Below, piece after piece: positions 35,174 through 45,043 of a DNA stretch of 64,000 nt. Source of the stretch: an uncultured Bacteroidales bacterium. Lineage in GTDB: Bacteria; Bacteroidota; Bacteroidia; Bacteroidales; Muribaculaceae. The notes below the pieces were generated by a model. That model was not told the DNA's origin. It did not search any database and worked only from the letters and a program-made list of their open reading frames with translations. Each line of letters begins with the position of its first letter. The first letter of the stretch is position 1. Position numbers and translations under genes: made by a program. The stretch is taken from the NCBI GenBank assembly GCA_958418815.1, contig CATZGB010000015.1, forward strand, positions 113-64,112. Reading direction: 5' to 3'.

Positions 35174-35611
35174 ATGGATTCTCCAACACAGATATTGCCG
35201 GGTGTCAAGTCCATCGGATGGCTTGACTGCCGGCATCTGCACCGCTCGACCGGCCTGCTCTTCAAATGCTTCGGAGAGCTTGTCGCGGTGAGCACCACGG
35301 TTCACCGGATTGGGTGGTTTGCCGATGCCTCCTGCCGGTGTGATGCCTCCAGCGACGGAGGCAAGCGCTCCGAGAAGGCCACGCTCGTCTTCTCCACGGA
35401 CGAGGCGTTGCCAGATGGTGTGCCTCTCGGTTTCGTGGTGGAGGCTCCGGATGGCGCGATGTTCCTCATAGGGTCGTGCGAACCGCCGTTGCCGGTGGTG
35501 TCGGTTACCCGCACAACCGGCTCTGCCAATGGCGGACGGGCCGGGTTCAGTTATGAAATCACCCATCTGGCGTTGCAGGCGATGCTGCCCTGTCTCGCCT
35601 TGATGGATTGA
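35174..35611 (+). CDS. Hypothetical phage protein
   Basis: 145 aa with a GC3-rich frame. The overlapping minus-strand ORF 35159-35710 looks like an antisense shadow. Confidence 0.5.
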   Translation: MDSPTQILPGVKSIGWLDCRHLHRSTGLLFKCFGELVAVSTTVHRIGWFADASCRCDASSDGGKRSEKATLVFSTDEALPDGVPLGFVVEAPDGAMFLIGSCEPPLPVVSVTRTTGSANGGRAGFSYEITHLALQAMLPCLALMD

Positions 35612-35784
35612 CCGTTTTTTTGAGAGTTTAGTAAGATTATATGGTAAGACAGCCTGTCGCGGACTTGCGACATAAATCCGCGACATCGCTGATTGGTTGA
35701 TTTTTTGCATGGATTTATTGAACTATTTTGTGTGATTGATTCTCCGAGAGGAGAGGGATTGCTTCCAACTACAGTTTGTTCTGG

Positions 35785-35818
35785 AGACCGCCTGCGCGTG
35801 AGCGTGGACGGTCTTTTT
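35785..35818 (+). terminator. Intrinsic terminator
   Basis: Stem agaccg.. / ..cggtct followed by T5. Confidence 0.55.
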
Positions 35819-35890
35819 CGTCACTATGGCAGAAGGCTGCGACCGTTCCTGGTCTGTCACTCAGTCTTTTCGGCGACTTGTGGGGAGACG

Positions 35891-35898
35891 TAAATTTG
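35891..35898 (+). promoter_or_regulatory. -7 box TAAATTTG upstream of head genes
   Basis: TAnnTTTG match 22 nt upstream of the ATG at 35920. Confidence 0.5.
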
Positions 35899-35919
35899 TG
35901 TCGCTAATACGGGTTTTCA

Positions 35920-36966
35920 ATGTCAAAAACAAATTATCATCTCAGGCTCAAAGGTTATGTTGGCGGTGGGGATTTCCGCCTCTCCAAAGTCGAAGAAACG
36001 CTGGACAAGATGGATGGCCGCCATGTGGATGTGCTGATTGACTCCACCGGCGGCTCACTGGCCACCGGGCTTTCCGTCTCGGCGGCTTTCCGCAACCATG
36101 GGGATGTCACAGTCCATTTCGTGGGGCTGAACGCCTCGGCGGCGACAATCGCCTCGCTCGGGGCCAAACGCGTGACCATCGACGCGGGCGCGATGTACCT
36201 CGTGCATAAATGCTCGATGGGGTTCTTCAAGTGGGACTCGATGAACGCCGACGATTTCTCCAGGATGATCGAGGAATGCGAGAAGGCCAAGGAGGATCTT
36301 GACAAGCTCGACCTTAACTGCGCCGGCTTGTACGCGCGAAGGTGCAAGCGCAAGACCGAGGATCTGCTCGAGCTTATGAAGCGGGGTGGATGGCTCACCC
36401 CGCAGGAGGCTCTCGACTGGGGATTTGTCGACGAGATCACCTTCTATGAGGAGGATGCCGCCGCCGAGCTCACCGAGTCTGTGGCCTCTGCGCTCGCCGT
36501 GGCCGGATTGCCTTTGCCCGACATGCCTGTGGCGCAGTCAGGATGGCAACGCCAGTTGTCAGGCTTGCTGTCTTCGATCGCGTCGGTGTTCAACAGCAAC
36601 TCATCACCTATCATCAACAATGCTATGGATAAGACCTACAAATTCATCTGCGCGGCCCTGGGGCTCCAGGCAATCGCTTTCTCCGGCGACAAGGCCTCGC
36701 TTTCGGAGGAGCAGTTCTCCAAGATCGAGGATTGCCTCAAGAAGGCCGACGACACGCGGGCCGCGCTTGAGGCCCAGGTGGCCGAGCTGACCGCGAGCTC
36801 CGGCTCCAAGGATGCTGAAATCGCTGAGCTCAAAGCCAAACTCGACTCAAAGCCTGCCGAGTCGTCTCAGCAGGTCACTGAGACCTCCAAGGAGGATCAG
36901 GCCCCGGCTGATGACTTCTTGCAGGTGGGCGCTTCGGCCAAAAGTCTCTACGACATGCTCCCCTGA
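35920..36966 (+). CDS. ClpP-type prohead serine protease fused to coiled-coil scaffold-like C-terminus
   Basis: VLIDSTGGSLATG...VGLNASAATIASLGAKR...MYLVHK follows the ClpP Ser/His layout. The C-terminal half is Ala/Glu/Lys-rich coiled coil. Confidence 0.8.
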   Translation: MSKTNYHLRLKGYVGGGDFRLSKVEETLDKMDGRHVDVLIDSTGGSLATGLSVSAAFRNHGDVTVHFVGLNASAATIASLGAKRVTIDAGAMYLVHKCSMGFFKWDSMNADDFSRMIEECEKAKEDLDKLDLNCAGLYARRCKRKTEDLLELMKRGGWLTPQEALDWGFVDEITFYEEDAAAELTESVASALAVAGLPLPDMPVAQSGWQRQLSGLLSSIASVFNSNSSPIINNAMDKTYKFICAALGLQAIAFSGDKASLSEEQFSKIEDCLKKADDTRAALEAQVAELTASSGSKDAEIAELKAKLDSKPAESSQQVTETSKEDQAPADDFLQVGASAKSLYDMLP

Positions 36967-37000
36967 CCTTTTTCCAAAACCTTTAACTTAATCTTTTTTT

Positions 37001-37990
37001 ATGGGTAAATTGGTTTTTACCGAGCAGGATTTCCAGAAAGCGGCCATAACGTTCCGCAAGGAGCTCCTGCGCCTGCCTGTCATAGGCATCCAGGACACGC
37101 TCAAGTATATGACTGCCCGTCCCGGGGTCACATACGCCGAGCAGGTGGGTTCCACTTCTGTCAATGTGGAAGTGGCCCCTTACAAGCCCGGTCGAAAGAC
37201 TGACGCTAACCTTGACCTGGTAATCCGCACGCTCCACACGTATTTCGGGTCGGTCAACGCCGATTTCGAGCCTAACGCGGCCATCCAGACTCTTCTCGGC
37301 CATCGTGCCTCCATGGCGATGGATGATGCCCAGAAGTCCACGCCGACCGCGCGCGAGGTGCTCGGGCTGGTGGCCAAGAGCGTCTCCGAGTCGCTCAACA
37401 GGGCGATCTGGTCGGCCAAACGTGACGCGAACGGTAACAGGACTGCCGACCTGTTTGACGGTTTCGACACTATCACGCAGACTGAGATCGCCGCAGGGGC
37501 CATCGCCGCCTCCGAGAAGAATTATCTCAAGCTTGACAGGAAAATCACGGCGGCCAACGCTGTGGATGTGTTCAAGGAGATTCTGTTCTCGCTTGACCCA
37601 TCGCTCCGCAGCGAGCAGTGCTTCCTCTATTGCGATTACGCCACGGCCGACGCTTACAACGAGGGTTATCTGCTGACCCACGCGGGCATCGTATACAATG
37701 ACCGCTACAACCAGGTGGCCGTGGAAGGTTCCAACAACAAGCTGATCATAGTGCCTCTTGCTTCCAAGGATGGCTCGCGGTTCATCCATGTCTCTCCGAA
37801 ACGCAACATGCTCGTGGGATTCGACCAGCAGAGCGACCTCGAGTCGGTGAAGGTCAAGGAGTACGAGCCTGACATCCTTACATTCATGATGCGCCTCTTC
37901 TTCGGCACACAGTTCGAGAGCATCGACCGCCGCAGGCTGTTCGTGGCCGAGCTTGCCGACGAGGCCGGAGAAGGGCAGGTGGGTGGCTGA
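37001..37990 (+). CDS. Major capsid protein (by position after the protease; HK97-like size)
   Basis: 329 aa, immediately downstream of the prohead protease/scaffold. No motif-level proof. Confidence 0.6.
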   Translation: MGKLVFTEQDFQKAAITFRKELLRLPVIGIQDTLKYMTARPGVTYAEQVGSTSVNVEVAPYKPGRKTDANLDLVIRTLHTYFGSVNADFEPNAAIQTLLGHRASMAMDDAQKSTPTAREVLGLVAKSVSESLNRAIWSAKRDANGNRTADLFDGFDTITQTEIAAGAIAASEKNYLKLDRKITAANAVDVFKEILFSLDPSLRSEQCFLYCDYATADAYNEGYLLTHAGIVYNDRYNQVAVEGSNNKLIIVPLASKDGSRFIHVSPKRNMLVGFDQQSDLESVKVKEYEPDILTFMMRLFFGTQFESIDRRRLFVAELADEAGEGQVGG

Positions 37991-38020
37991 TATGTCTGAC
38001 CTGTTAACATCGATATCCAT

Positions 38021-38608
38021 ATGACAAAAAAATGCACTTCGATACAGAAGTCTCTCGGTTGGTGCCAGGGCACTCCGGAGCTTCCCGGCGTTAAACGCCG
38101 TGTGTTCTTCCTCGCGTCAAATTTCATCCTGAAATACCCTCAGTTGCCCCGCGATGAGCTGGGCCGTGTCACTTCCGCCGTGCTTGAAGGGTCATTTGTC
38201 CTGGCCGCGGATGCCAAGTTCAAATACATCGACATCCTTCCTGACAAGTCGCAGCTCACGTCCGAGGCCCAGGGCGAGCTGCCGTCGCAGACCCAGCTCA
38301 ACAAGCTGGTGGCCGTGCATCCCGGTGTGGGCCAGGAGGCTTCCGCCGCAGCCGCTTACATCAACAACACCAACAATGTCTTCATTGTCGAGGACATGAA
38401 AGGCAATTTCAGGGTGCTTGGCAATGACAAGTGGGACACCAAGGCGACGGTGGCGCAGGATCTTGGCCAAGGGGCCACCGGCACCACGTCGACCACCATA
38501 AATGTCGAGGTCACGGACGAAGTCCCTGCCCCGTTCTATGTCGGTGTGATCGAGACCGAGGACGGAGACATTGACTGTTCCGGCAATGGTGACGCGGAGG
38601 AAGGCTGA
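38021..38608 (+). CDS. Hypothetical virion-associated protein
   Basis: 195-aa ORF after the capsid gene, with an acidic C-terminus. Function unknown. Confidence 0.5.
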   Translation: MTKKCTSIQKSLGWCQGTPELPGVKRRVFFLASNFILKYPQLPRDELGRVTSAVLEGSFVLAADAKFKYIDILPDKSQLTSEAQGELPSQTQLNKLVAVHPGVGQEASAAAAYINNTNNVFIVEDMKGNFRVLGNDKWDTKATVAQDLGQGATGTTSTTINVEVTDEVPAPFYVGVIETEDGDIDCSGNGDAEEG

Positions 38609-38699
38609 TCCTGACCTGCTGGATCGGTTCGCTTTTTCATTTTCCATATGACATGACCGGGGCCGGTTCTCCGGCTCCGGTCTGTTTTTCTGATATGTT

Positions 38700-39317
38700 A
38701 TGGATCATAAATTCACTGAGCAAATAAAAGCATGGCTCGACACTCCGGACAATGAACGCGATTATGGGCTGGGGGCTGTTTACCTGCTCAAGCTGTCGGG
38801 CAACCAGATTCTGTACCGTACTCTGATGGTGAATCCCGCCGGTAAAAAGGAGCACATCGAGTACCAGTTGCAGAAGTATTATAATTTCCGCGTCAGGGAA
38901 CTCACCCACGACCAGGTGGCGGAGATGTCGGCGCAGGCCGAACGGATCGTGGCGAAAAACATACCGCTCGCGGCCAATGCCGACAAGGCACGGAAAGGCA
39001 AACGTCCCGATCACGACTCGCTGCCGGCGGAGATAGTCGCGCGCTACGAGGAGAACCTTTCAATCCTCCATCGTATGCGCGAGGTGCATATGAGATTGCG
39101 CAATCTCTCCCTGGACAACGCGACCTGTCCGGATTCTGAGCGTTATCCGTTCGTGCGGGAAATAATCGAGCTTGACAAGCGGTTGCATGACAACTGGTCG
39201 GCATATGACGGCTACATCCCGGAGCCTGTGGCTGACGGGGCGCAGCCGTCTGGAAGCGCTTCCGCCAGGACTTCACGGAAATCGACCCGCAAGACGGCGA
39301 AATCCTCCGCCGGATGA
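38700..39317 (+). CDS. Hypothetical phage protein
   Basis: 205-aa ORF with a basic tail. No family recognised. Confidence 0.5.
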   Translation: MDHKFTEQIKAWLDTPDNERDYGLGAVYLLKLSGNQILYRTLMVNPAGKKEHIEYQLQKYYNFRVRELTHDQVAEMSAQAERIVAKNIPLAANADKARKGKRPDHDSLPAEIVARYEENLSILHRMREVHMRLRNLSLDNATCPDSERYPFVREIIELDKRLHDNWSAYDGYIPEPVADGAQPSGSASARTSRKSTRKTAKSSAG

Positions 39318-39835
39318 GACGTGGCCTTTCGGTGTCAGACTGCCTCCGTCCTTTGGCGGAGGCTCCTTGCCAGGCTTATCTGAGCGACATCCTGCAGGTG
39401 GCGGATCTGTTGGAGTGGATTCTCGGGCAGACCGGGCCTGCCGAGGTCTGGCTGACATCTTTCTCCATCTCGGAAGAGTTTCTGCGCAGGATTTTCCATA
39501 TCTCAAGATCCGGACTGGTCTCGCGTTTAACCCTCGTGCTTGACCACAAGGCCACAAACAAGACGCTTGGCCTGTGGGCGTTCCTTTCCCAGGTGGTGGA
39601 GAACACTTACCTGGCCGACAACCACAGCAAGCTCCTTCTGGTCCGGGGGGCAAACGGTGATGTCGTGTCGGTCGTCACATCCCAGGACCTTACAAGGGGT
39701 AACCGCCACGAGTCTGCGTTTGTCTCTACTGACCCGGATGTTTTTTCCTCCCTGTCTGGCCAGGTGAGGGATTTGATTGACAACCATTCTGTTGCCCTCC
39801 ATGAATTATTCAGAAACCGAATTGAGGAAAATTGA
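39314..39835 (+). CDS. Possible PLD/Nuc-like (HxK) nuclease-fold protein
   Basis: NHSKLLLVRGANGDVVSVVTSQDLTRGN resembles one HxK(x)n...S.N PLD motif. This is a weak call from a single motif. Confidence 0.4.
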   Translation: MRRGLSVSDCLRPLAEAPCQAYLSDILQVADLLEWILGQTGPAEVWLTSFSISEEFLRRIFHISRSGLVSRLTLVLDHKATNKTLGLWAFLSQVVENTYLADNHSKLLLVRGANGDVVSVVTSQDLTRGNRHESAFVSTDPDVFSSLSGQVRDLIDNHSVALHELFRNRIEEN

Positions 39836-40076
39836 GGAGTATGCCTCGATATATATGAAGATCTCGGACATCGCCGTGCTTGTCGATGTCCCGGCTGATG
39901 AGCTGCGTTCTGACATCGCCGACCGCTCGACTGATGTCTCAAGGGCTTACCGCCGTGGCAAGGCCGGCTCGAAGGTAAAGCTCCACTCCCAGGAGATGAT
40001 GCTCGCGCAGGTGGGCTCTCCGCTCGCCCTTGAGAATGCCAGGGTTAATCTGCTTGACATGGAGGACGATGAGTAA
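39801..40076 (+). CDS. Small HTH protein, candidate terminase small subunit
   Basis: 91 aa. It lies just upstream of the terminase region, with an acidic C-terminus. Confidence 0.45.
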   Translation: MNYSETELRKIEEYASIYMKISDIAVLVDVPADELRSDIADRSTDVSRAYRRGKAGSKVKLHSQEMMLAQVGSPLALENARVNLLDMEDDE

Positions 40077-40710
40077 TATTTCCACAATTGACCTTTGTCG
40101 GGAATGCCTGTTTGACCCTGAGGCGGATGTCGTCGCCAGGTATGGCCGGGGCGCTGCAGACCGTGTCATGCGCGCCCGGGCGATGTACAATTGGCGTATG
40201 GCGAACCCGGCGGCCACCGACCGGCAGTTTGTCAGTGAGTTCAACTCCCGTTTCCCCATGGGCAAGAATGCTGCCCGGGAGTATCTCAAGGTGGTTGACA
40301 CGTTGTTGCCGGCCTTGTCTGACCAAAGCCGTGATTTTTGCAGGTGGAGGACAAACGAGATGCTGCTCGAGGCATACCAGATGGCGAAGGCCCGGAAGGA
40401 CGCGAAGACGATGGAGCGGGCCGCGACTTCGCTTGGCCGTCTTAACCGCATAGATGAGACCGAGCAGGCCAGGGTTCCTTACCATCTTCTGATGGTGCAG
40501 CCGTTTGTGCCGACTTTCGACCCGTCTGTGCTTGGGATAACTCCAGTCCCAGGTATCGAGGAGAAGATAGACCGGCTGTTGGCCAAATACACCTCGGAGC
40601 TTGTCGACATCGAGGATGTCGATTTCGAGGAGGCGGACCTGGAGGAGGACGAACTTTTTGCTCCTTATGAAGAATCAGACGAAGACTCAGAGGCCGCTGG
40701 TATATTTTAA
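40069..40710 (+). CDS. Hypothetical protein upstream of TerL (alternative small-terminase candidate)
   Basis: 213 aa with an acidic tail, overlapping the TerL start. Confidence 0.45.
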   Translation: MSNISTIDLCRECLFDPEADVVARYGRGAADRVMRARAMYNWRMANPAATDRQFVSEFNSRFPMGKNAAREYLKVVDTLLPALSDQSRDFCRWRTNEMLLEAYQMAKARKDAKTMERAATSLGRLNRIDETEQARVPYHLLMVQPFVPTFDPSVLGITPVPGIEEKIDRLLAKYTSELVDIEDVDFEEADLEEDELFAPYEESDEDSEAAGIF

Positions 40711-42328
40711 CCGTCCGCAGCATCTCGCGCAACTTGTCGGGGCGAACACCACAGTCATTGTTGCCGGACGCCGCACGGGGAAGACCGACTCCATCGGCGC
40801 TCCTTTCGTGTTGCGCAACATGCAGCGTATGCCAGGCAGTTCTGGAGGAATTGTCGTGCCCACGTTCAAGCACGGACTGACCAACACGATCCCGGGCCTG
40901 TTGGCTGCCTGGGGCCGTTGGGGGTACATCGAGGGTGTGCATTATGTGGTTGGCAAAAAGCCTCCGCCTGGTTTTGCCAAGCCTGTCACACAGCCTCGGC
41001 AGTGGGAGAATGTGATAGCTTTCCACAACGGGTCGGTGGCGATTCTCATCTCCCAGGATCGTGCTGGTTCCTCAAACGGTCTCACTCTGTCGTGGCTTCT
41101 CATCGACGAGGCCAAATTCATAAACTTCGAGAAGCTGAAAGAGGAGACGTTCCCTGCAAATGGTGGGATAAAGTCTCATTTCGGCCGTCACTCGTGCAAT
41201 CATTCGGTTATGATTCTCAGTGACATGCCTCAGACCAAGAAAGGTTCCTGGTTTCTGCACTACCGGGAAAAGATGGATGCTGAGCTGATTGGGGCCATCG
41301 AGGGGACGGTTTACGAGATATGGCGTGTCAAGGAACGTGTGAGGAGCCTGCGTCGCGACAAACAGCCGATTCCGGCCTATCTCAAGACTCGCTTGCGCTC
41401 TCTTGACAGGAAACTCAACAGGATGCGTTCGGTGGCGGTGTATTACAAGGAATATTCCACGATCGAGAATCTGCAGCTGCTTGGCGAAAATTACATAAAA
41501 CAGATGAAACGAGACCTTACGCCTCTGACTTTCATGACCTCCATCCTCTGCCGGCGCGTAGGCATCGCGAAAGATGGTTTTTATTCCTCGATGCGGGAAC
41601 GGCACAAGTATGATGCCAATGACAACAGCTTCCTCGATTCGCTTGGCCTTGATGCCGGGGTGCGTCATCCTGATGTGGTGGAGATGATGTCTGCCATGGC
41701 TGATTCCGACATAAATCCCGATGAGCCTATCTGCATCGGGATGGACTACAACGCCAACATCAACTGGATCGTGGCGGGACAGCCGAAAGGCCGCAGGCTG
41801 AATGTGGTGAAATCATTCTATGTGAAGTTCGACCGCAAACTCCCTGCGCTTGTCGATGACTTCTGCGTCTATTACGCGTCGCACAGGAACAAGACCGTGG
41901 TGTTCTATTATGACTCCACAGCCCTTGGCTCGAACTACGCTGTCAACGAGCAGGATTTCCGTTGGGTGGTGGTGGATGAGTTCGAGCGTCACGGGTGGCG
42001 GGTGGAAGAGGTGTATCTCGGCAATCCTATGCACCACCACGAGAAGCATCTTCTGATAAACGGCGGGTTCGCCGGCAAACAACGCCTGATGCCATTCTTC
42101 AACCGCTCGAACAATGAGGATCTGATTCTTGCAATCCAGGCCGCCGGAGTGAGTGTGGGGCGTAACGGCTTCCGCAAGGACAAGGCGGGGGAGAAGCTCG
42201 CCGAGAGTGAGGAGGACTTGCTTGAACACCGTACCGACGGCACAGACGCTTTCGACACGCTGTATATCGGATGCGAGAAATTCCCCTACCGGGATTCCTA
42301 TGAGGGTTCTGCCGGAGGAGTGGTCTGA
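40667..42328 (+). CDS. Terminase large subunit
   Basis: Walker A is VAGRRTGKT, Walker B-like is SWLLIDEA, and a C-terminal nuclease-like region has DGTDAFD. Length is 553 aa. Confidence 0.75.
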   Translation: MKNQTKTQRPLVYFNRPQHLAQLVGANTTVIVAGRRTGKTDSIGAPFVLRNMQRMPGSSGGIVVPTFKHGLTNTIPGLLAAWGRWGYIEGVHYVVGKKPPPGFAKPVTQPRQWENVIAFHNGSVAILISQDRAGSSNGLTLSWLLIDEAKFINFEKLKEETFPANGGIKSHFGRHSCNHSVMILSDMPQTKKGSWFLHYREKMDAELIGAIEGTVYEIWRVKERVRSLRRDKQPIPAYLKTRLRSLDRKLNRMRSVAVYYKEYSTIENLQLLGENYIKQMKRDLTPLTFMTSILCRRVGIAKDGFYSSMRERHKYDANDNSFLDSLGLDAGVRHPDVVEMMSAMADSDINPDEPICIGMDYNANINWIVAGQPKGRRLNVVKSFYVKFDRKLPALVDDFCVYYASHRNKTVVFYYDSTALGSNYAVNEQDFRWVVVDEFERHGWRVEEVYLGNPMHHHEKHLLINGGFAGKQRLMPFFNRSNNEDLILAIQAAGVSVGRNGFRKDKAGEKLAESEEDLLEHRTDGTDAFDTLYIGCEKFPYRDSYEGSAGGVV

Positions 42329-42374
42329 CCCGGATGTCTTTTGGCCGGTCTTGAGCTGCCTGTATCTTTGCGTC

Positions 42375-43475
42375 ATGGCTCACGAAATCAAATACCGTCC
42401 TGTTGGGATGGTCTTCACATCATCTTTGCCCGACGTTCCGGTGGATGTCGATGGGGATTATGTCTACGTGCGTCTTTCTCACCGGTTGTCGGGTACTCTG
42501 TTTTATGAACGTCTGTATCCTTATGATGGACGGGTGACGTTGTGTGACCTGCGGTCGCTTGTCGAGGAGGATATGCGCGCCCGGAATGCCGTGACCGATG
42601 TCTTTCTGCTTGAGGTGTCATCCAGTGATGACGGAGACAATTATGACTCGGTGCAGCTTTCCGTCTTGTTCTGCGACAGGTTTGTGGCAGCTGGAAATCT
42701 GGAGTCGTTCGCCGACGGGAATTTCCTGACCACTCTTGGAGTGAGGCGCGTCGCCCCGGGATCCTCTTTCCCGCTGGCGATGCTCTGCGTCGGTGGAAAT
42801 GTGCCGGAGGTCAGGATTTCTTCCAGGTTTCGCAGCTCCGGCGATGGTGTGGTGCGTGCTTGTTCATTCCCGTTGCGCCCGGCTGAGCAGTCGTCGGGAG
42901 ATGTGTGCCTGTCGGTGGATCTCGACCTGGCCTCGATAGCATCGGCGGTTTCCGGGCTTTCCGGCTTTGCGGATGTCGACCTGCTCGGTTTCACCGTGTC
43001 GTGTGGCCAACGTTCTCTTGACGTGTTTGTTGACAAGGCCCTTTCCAGGGGGAAATCTTTCATCTTCCGCAACTGCTTCAATGTCCCCGAGCTTTTCCAG
43101 TCGAGGATGGTCACACTGGAGAAGTCTGAGGTCTCCCGCCCTGTTGCGGTGCTGTCTTCCAAGTCCAGCTTCTATGACCATACGGTGGTGAAGACTTACG
43201 AGTCTGAGACCGACAACCTCGGTTATTCCGAGGCTGTGTGGGCCGACCAGTTCCTTTGCTCGAGGGATGTGTCTGTTCTGATCCCGGAATCCGGCGGAGG
43301 CGGACTGCTCCTGAAACCGGTGCTTGTGACCTCTTTCACCAGCGATGTCTCTGACGGGGACTCGTCGCTTAATTCGGTGAAGTTCTCTTGGCGTTTCGAT
43401 GACAACCGCCCGGCGGTGTTGCTATCCGTGTCTCCGGGCGTGTTCACTTTTCAATTCGATCCAGTATTCTGCTGA
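42375..43475 (+). CDS. Hypothetical phage protein
   Basis: 366-aa ORF. The start could alternatively be at 42300. Confidence 0.5.
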   Translation: MAHEIKYRPVGMVFTSSLPDVPVDVDGDYVYVRLSHRLSGTLFYERLYPYDGRVTLCDLRSLVEEDMRARNAVTDVFLLEVSSSDDGDNYDSVQLSVLFCDRFVAAGNLESFADGNFLTTLGVRRVAPGSSFPLAMLCVGGNVPEVRISSRFRSSGDGVVRACSFPLRPAEQSSGDVCLSVDLDLASIASAVSGLSGFADVDLLGFTVSCGQRSLDVFVDKALSRGKSFIFRNCFNVPELFQSRMVTLEKSEVSRPVAVLSSKSSFYDHTVVKTYESETDNLGYSEAVWADQFLCSRDVSVLIPESGGGGLLLKPVLVTSFTSDVSDGDSSLNSVKFSWRFDDNRPAVLLSVSPGVFTFQFDPVFC

Positions 43476-43708
43476 TGGCTTCTTCAATCCATATATCCCA
43501 AGCCCGCGCGATTCTAAATTCAGGAAAGCCTGTCGATATGTCGGTGTGGAAATCCGATGGCTCGGTCATGGAGCTGCATAATGTGGTGTCGTTGCGTTAC
43601 TCATTCAGCGGCGGCTGGCGGAATGTGAGGCTTGCGGCTTCTGGGCAGACGCGCCGAATCCGGGACTGCTGCATCTTCCGGTTGAATGACCTCGAGGTTT
43701 ATCTTTGA
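43475..43708 (+). CDS. Hypothetical small phage protein
   Basis: 77 aa, with a TGATG stop/start overlap with the upstream gene. Confidence 0.45.
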   Translation: MASSIHISQARAILNSGKPVDMSVWKSDGSVMELHNVVSLRYSFSGGWRNVRLAASGQTRRIRDCCIFRLNDLEVYL

Positions 43709-43726
43709 CTTTATCATAAATGCCTT

Positions 43727-45043
43727 ATGACAGATGACTTATCACTCAATATTTGTTCCGTGGAGTCTCTCCCCGGTTTCGATGCCAATGCCGCGTTCAC
43801 GGTCGGTTCCTCGACTGTGTTCCGGGAAGACACCGACATAGTGCCGACGAAGCTCTCGGATTCGTTGTCGTACATTCCATGGGGTGGGGACAACTTGATG
43901 CCTTTCGACATCATCGACCTTATCGAGCGCGATGAGACAATGACCACCTGTCAGGTGTTCAACGCCGAGGTCTGTTATGGGGCCGGGCTGACTTTTGTGA
44001 CGGACAATGCGCCGGAGCAGGTTGCCGGCCAAGTGGAGGATTTCCTGATTGACAACGACATCCCGTCTTACTTCCTGGGGCTTTGTCAGGACTTGAAATA
44101 CTTCGCTTTTGCTGTCTCTGTGATCATCCTGAATGAGGCGGGCACACGCGTCACGCGTCTCTTGCGCAAGGAGGCTTGCTACTGCCGGTTTGCGCCGGCT
44201 GACCGTTCCGGGCGTTTTACCCGGCTGCTTTATGCCAACTGGCGTGAGTCGGTGGCTCCCGGCGATGTCGAGGTTATAGACATTCTTGACTCTCGCTCCC
44301 CGTGGTCTGACTTGCAGGAGCGTCTCAAGAAGCCAGGAAAAAAACGCAAGTTTGCGATTGTCACACGGGTTCCGACGGTGGATCACACTTATTATCCTAT
44401 CCCGTATTATGCCTCGTTGTTCAAGGGCAAGTGGTACGACATAAAGCAGCTTATCGGTGTGGCAAAGGAGGCCAAGCTCAAAAACTCCGCGCCAATCAAG
44501 TACCATATCGAGATTGGCTCGAAGTATTATGACCGTATTTTCCAGGCTGAGGGCATCACTGACCGTCATAAGCGACAGGAACGTGTTGTCAAGGAAAAAC
44601 AGCAGATCCTTGATTTCCTCACAGGCGCGGAGAACAGCGGCAAGGTCTGGTTTTCCACATATTATGTCACTCCTGACGGCAAGGAGCAGCACGACGTGGT
44701 CATCCACAAGATAGAGAGCGACAAGGAGGGCGGAGACTGGCAGACGGACATCCAGGAGGCCATCAACATGATCTGTTTCACGATGCGGGTGCATAGCAAC
44801 CTGGTAGGGTCTGTGCCGGGAAAAGCCCAGGCCAACAACAGCGGGAGTGACAAACGTGAGCTGTACACGATTGCTCAGGCCCTGCAGAAACCATATCACG
44901 ATTTGCTCTTCCTTGCGCCTCGGCTGGTGGTGCGCCTGAATGGATGGCGTGGAGTCAAAGTCCAGGTGCCTTTCATTCAGCTTACGACGCTTGACAAGCA
45001 TTCTGACGCTAAAACTGTTACGACTGATGGAGCTTCTGATTAA
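43727..45043 (+). CDS. Portal protein (probable)
   Basis: 438 aa, close to TerL. Size and composition are portal-like. Not verified by search. Confidence 0.55.
   Translation: MTDDLSLNICSVESLPGFDANAAFTVGSSTVFREDTDIVPTKLSDSLSYIPWGGDNLMPFDIIDLIERDETMTTCQVFNAEVCYGAGLTFVTDNAPEQVAGQVEDFLIDNDIPSYFLGLCQDLKYFAFAVSVIILNEAGTRVTRLLRKEACYCRFAPADRSGRFTRLLYANWRESVAPGDVEVIDILDSRSPWSDLQERLKKPGKKRKFAIVTRVPTVDHTYYPIPYYASLFKGKWYDIKQLIGVAKEAKLKNSAPIKYHIEIGSKYYDRIFQAEGITDRHKRQERVVKEKQQILDFLTGAENSGKVWFSTYYVTPDGKEQHDVVIHKIESDKEGGDWQTDIQEAINMICFTMRVHSNLVGSVPGKAQANNSGSDKRELYTIAQALQKPYHDLLFLAPRLVVRLNGWRGVKVQVPFIQLTTLDKHSDAKTVTTDGASD

Noticed and set aside
35159-35710. 183-aa minus-strand ORF overlapping 35174-35611
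   Set aside because: It is Arg/Gln-rich with antisense-like composition, while the plus-strand frame shows the phage codon bias and operon orientation.
35724-35818. Possible short promoter-to-terminator sRNA between 35611 and the head operon
   Set aside because: The box is TATTTTG, one T short of TAnnTTTG. The terminator at 35785-35818 is more simply the end of the 34631-35611 operon.
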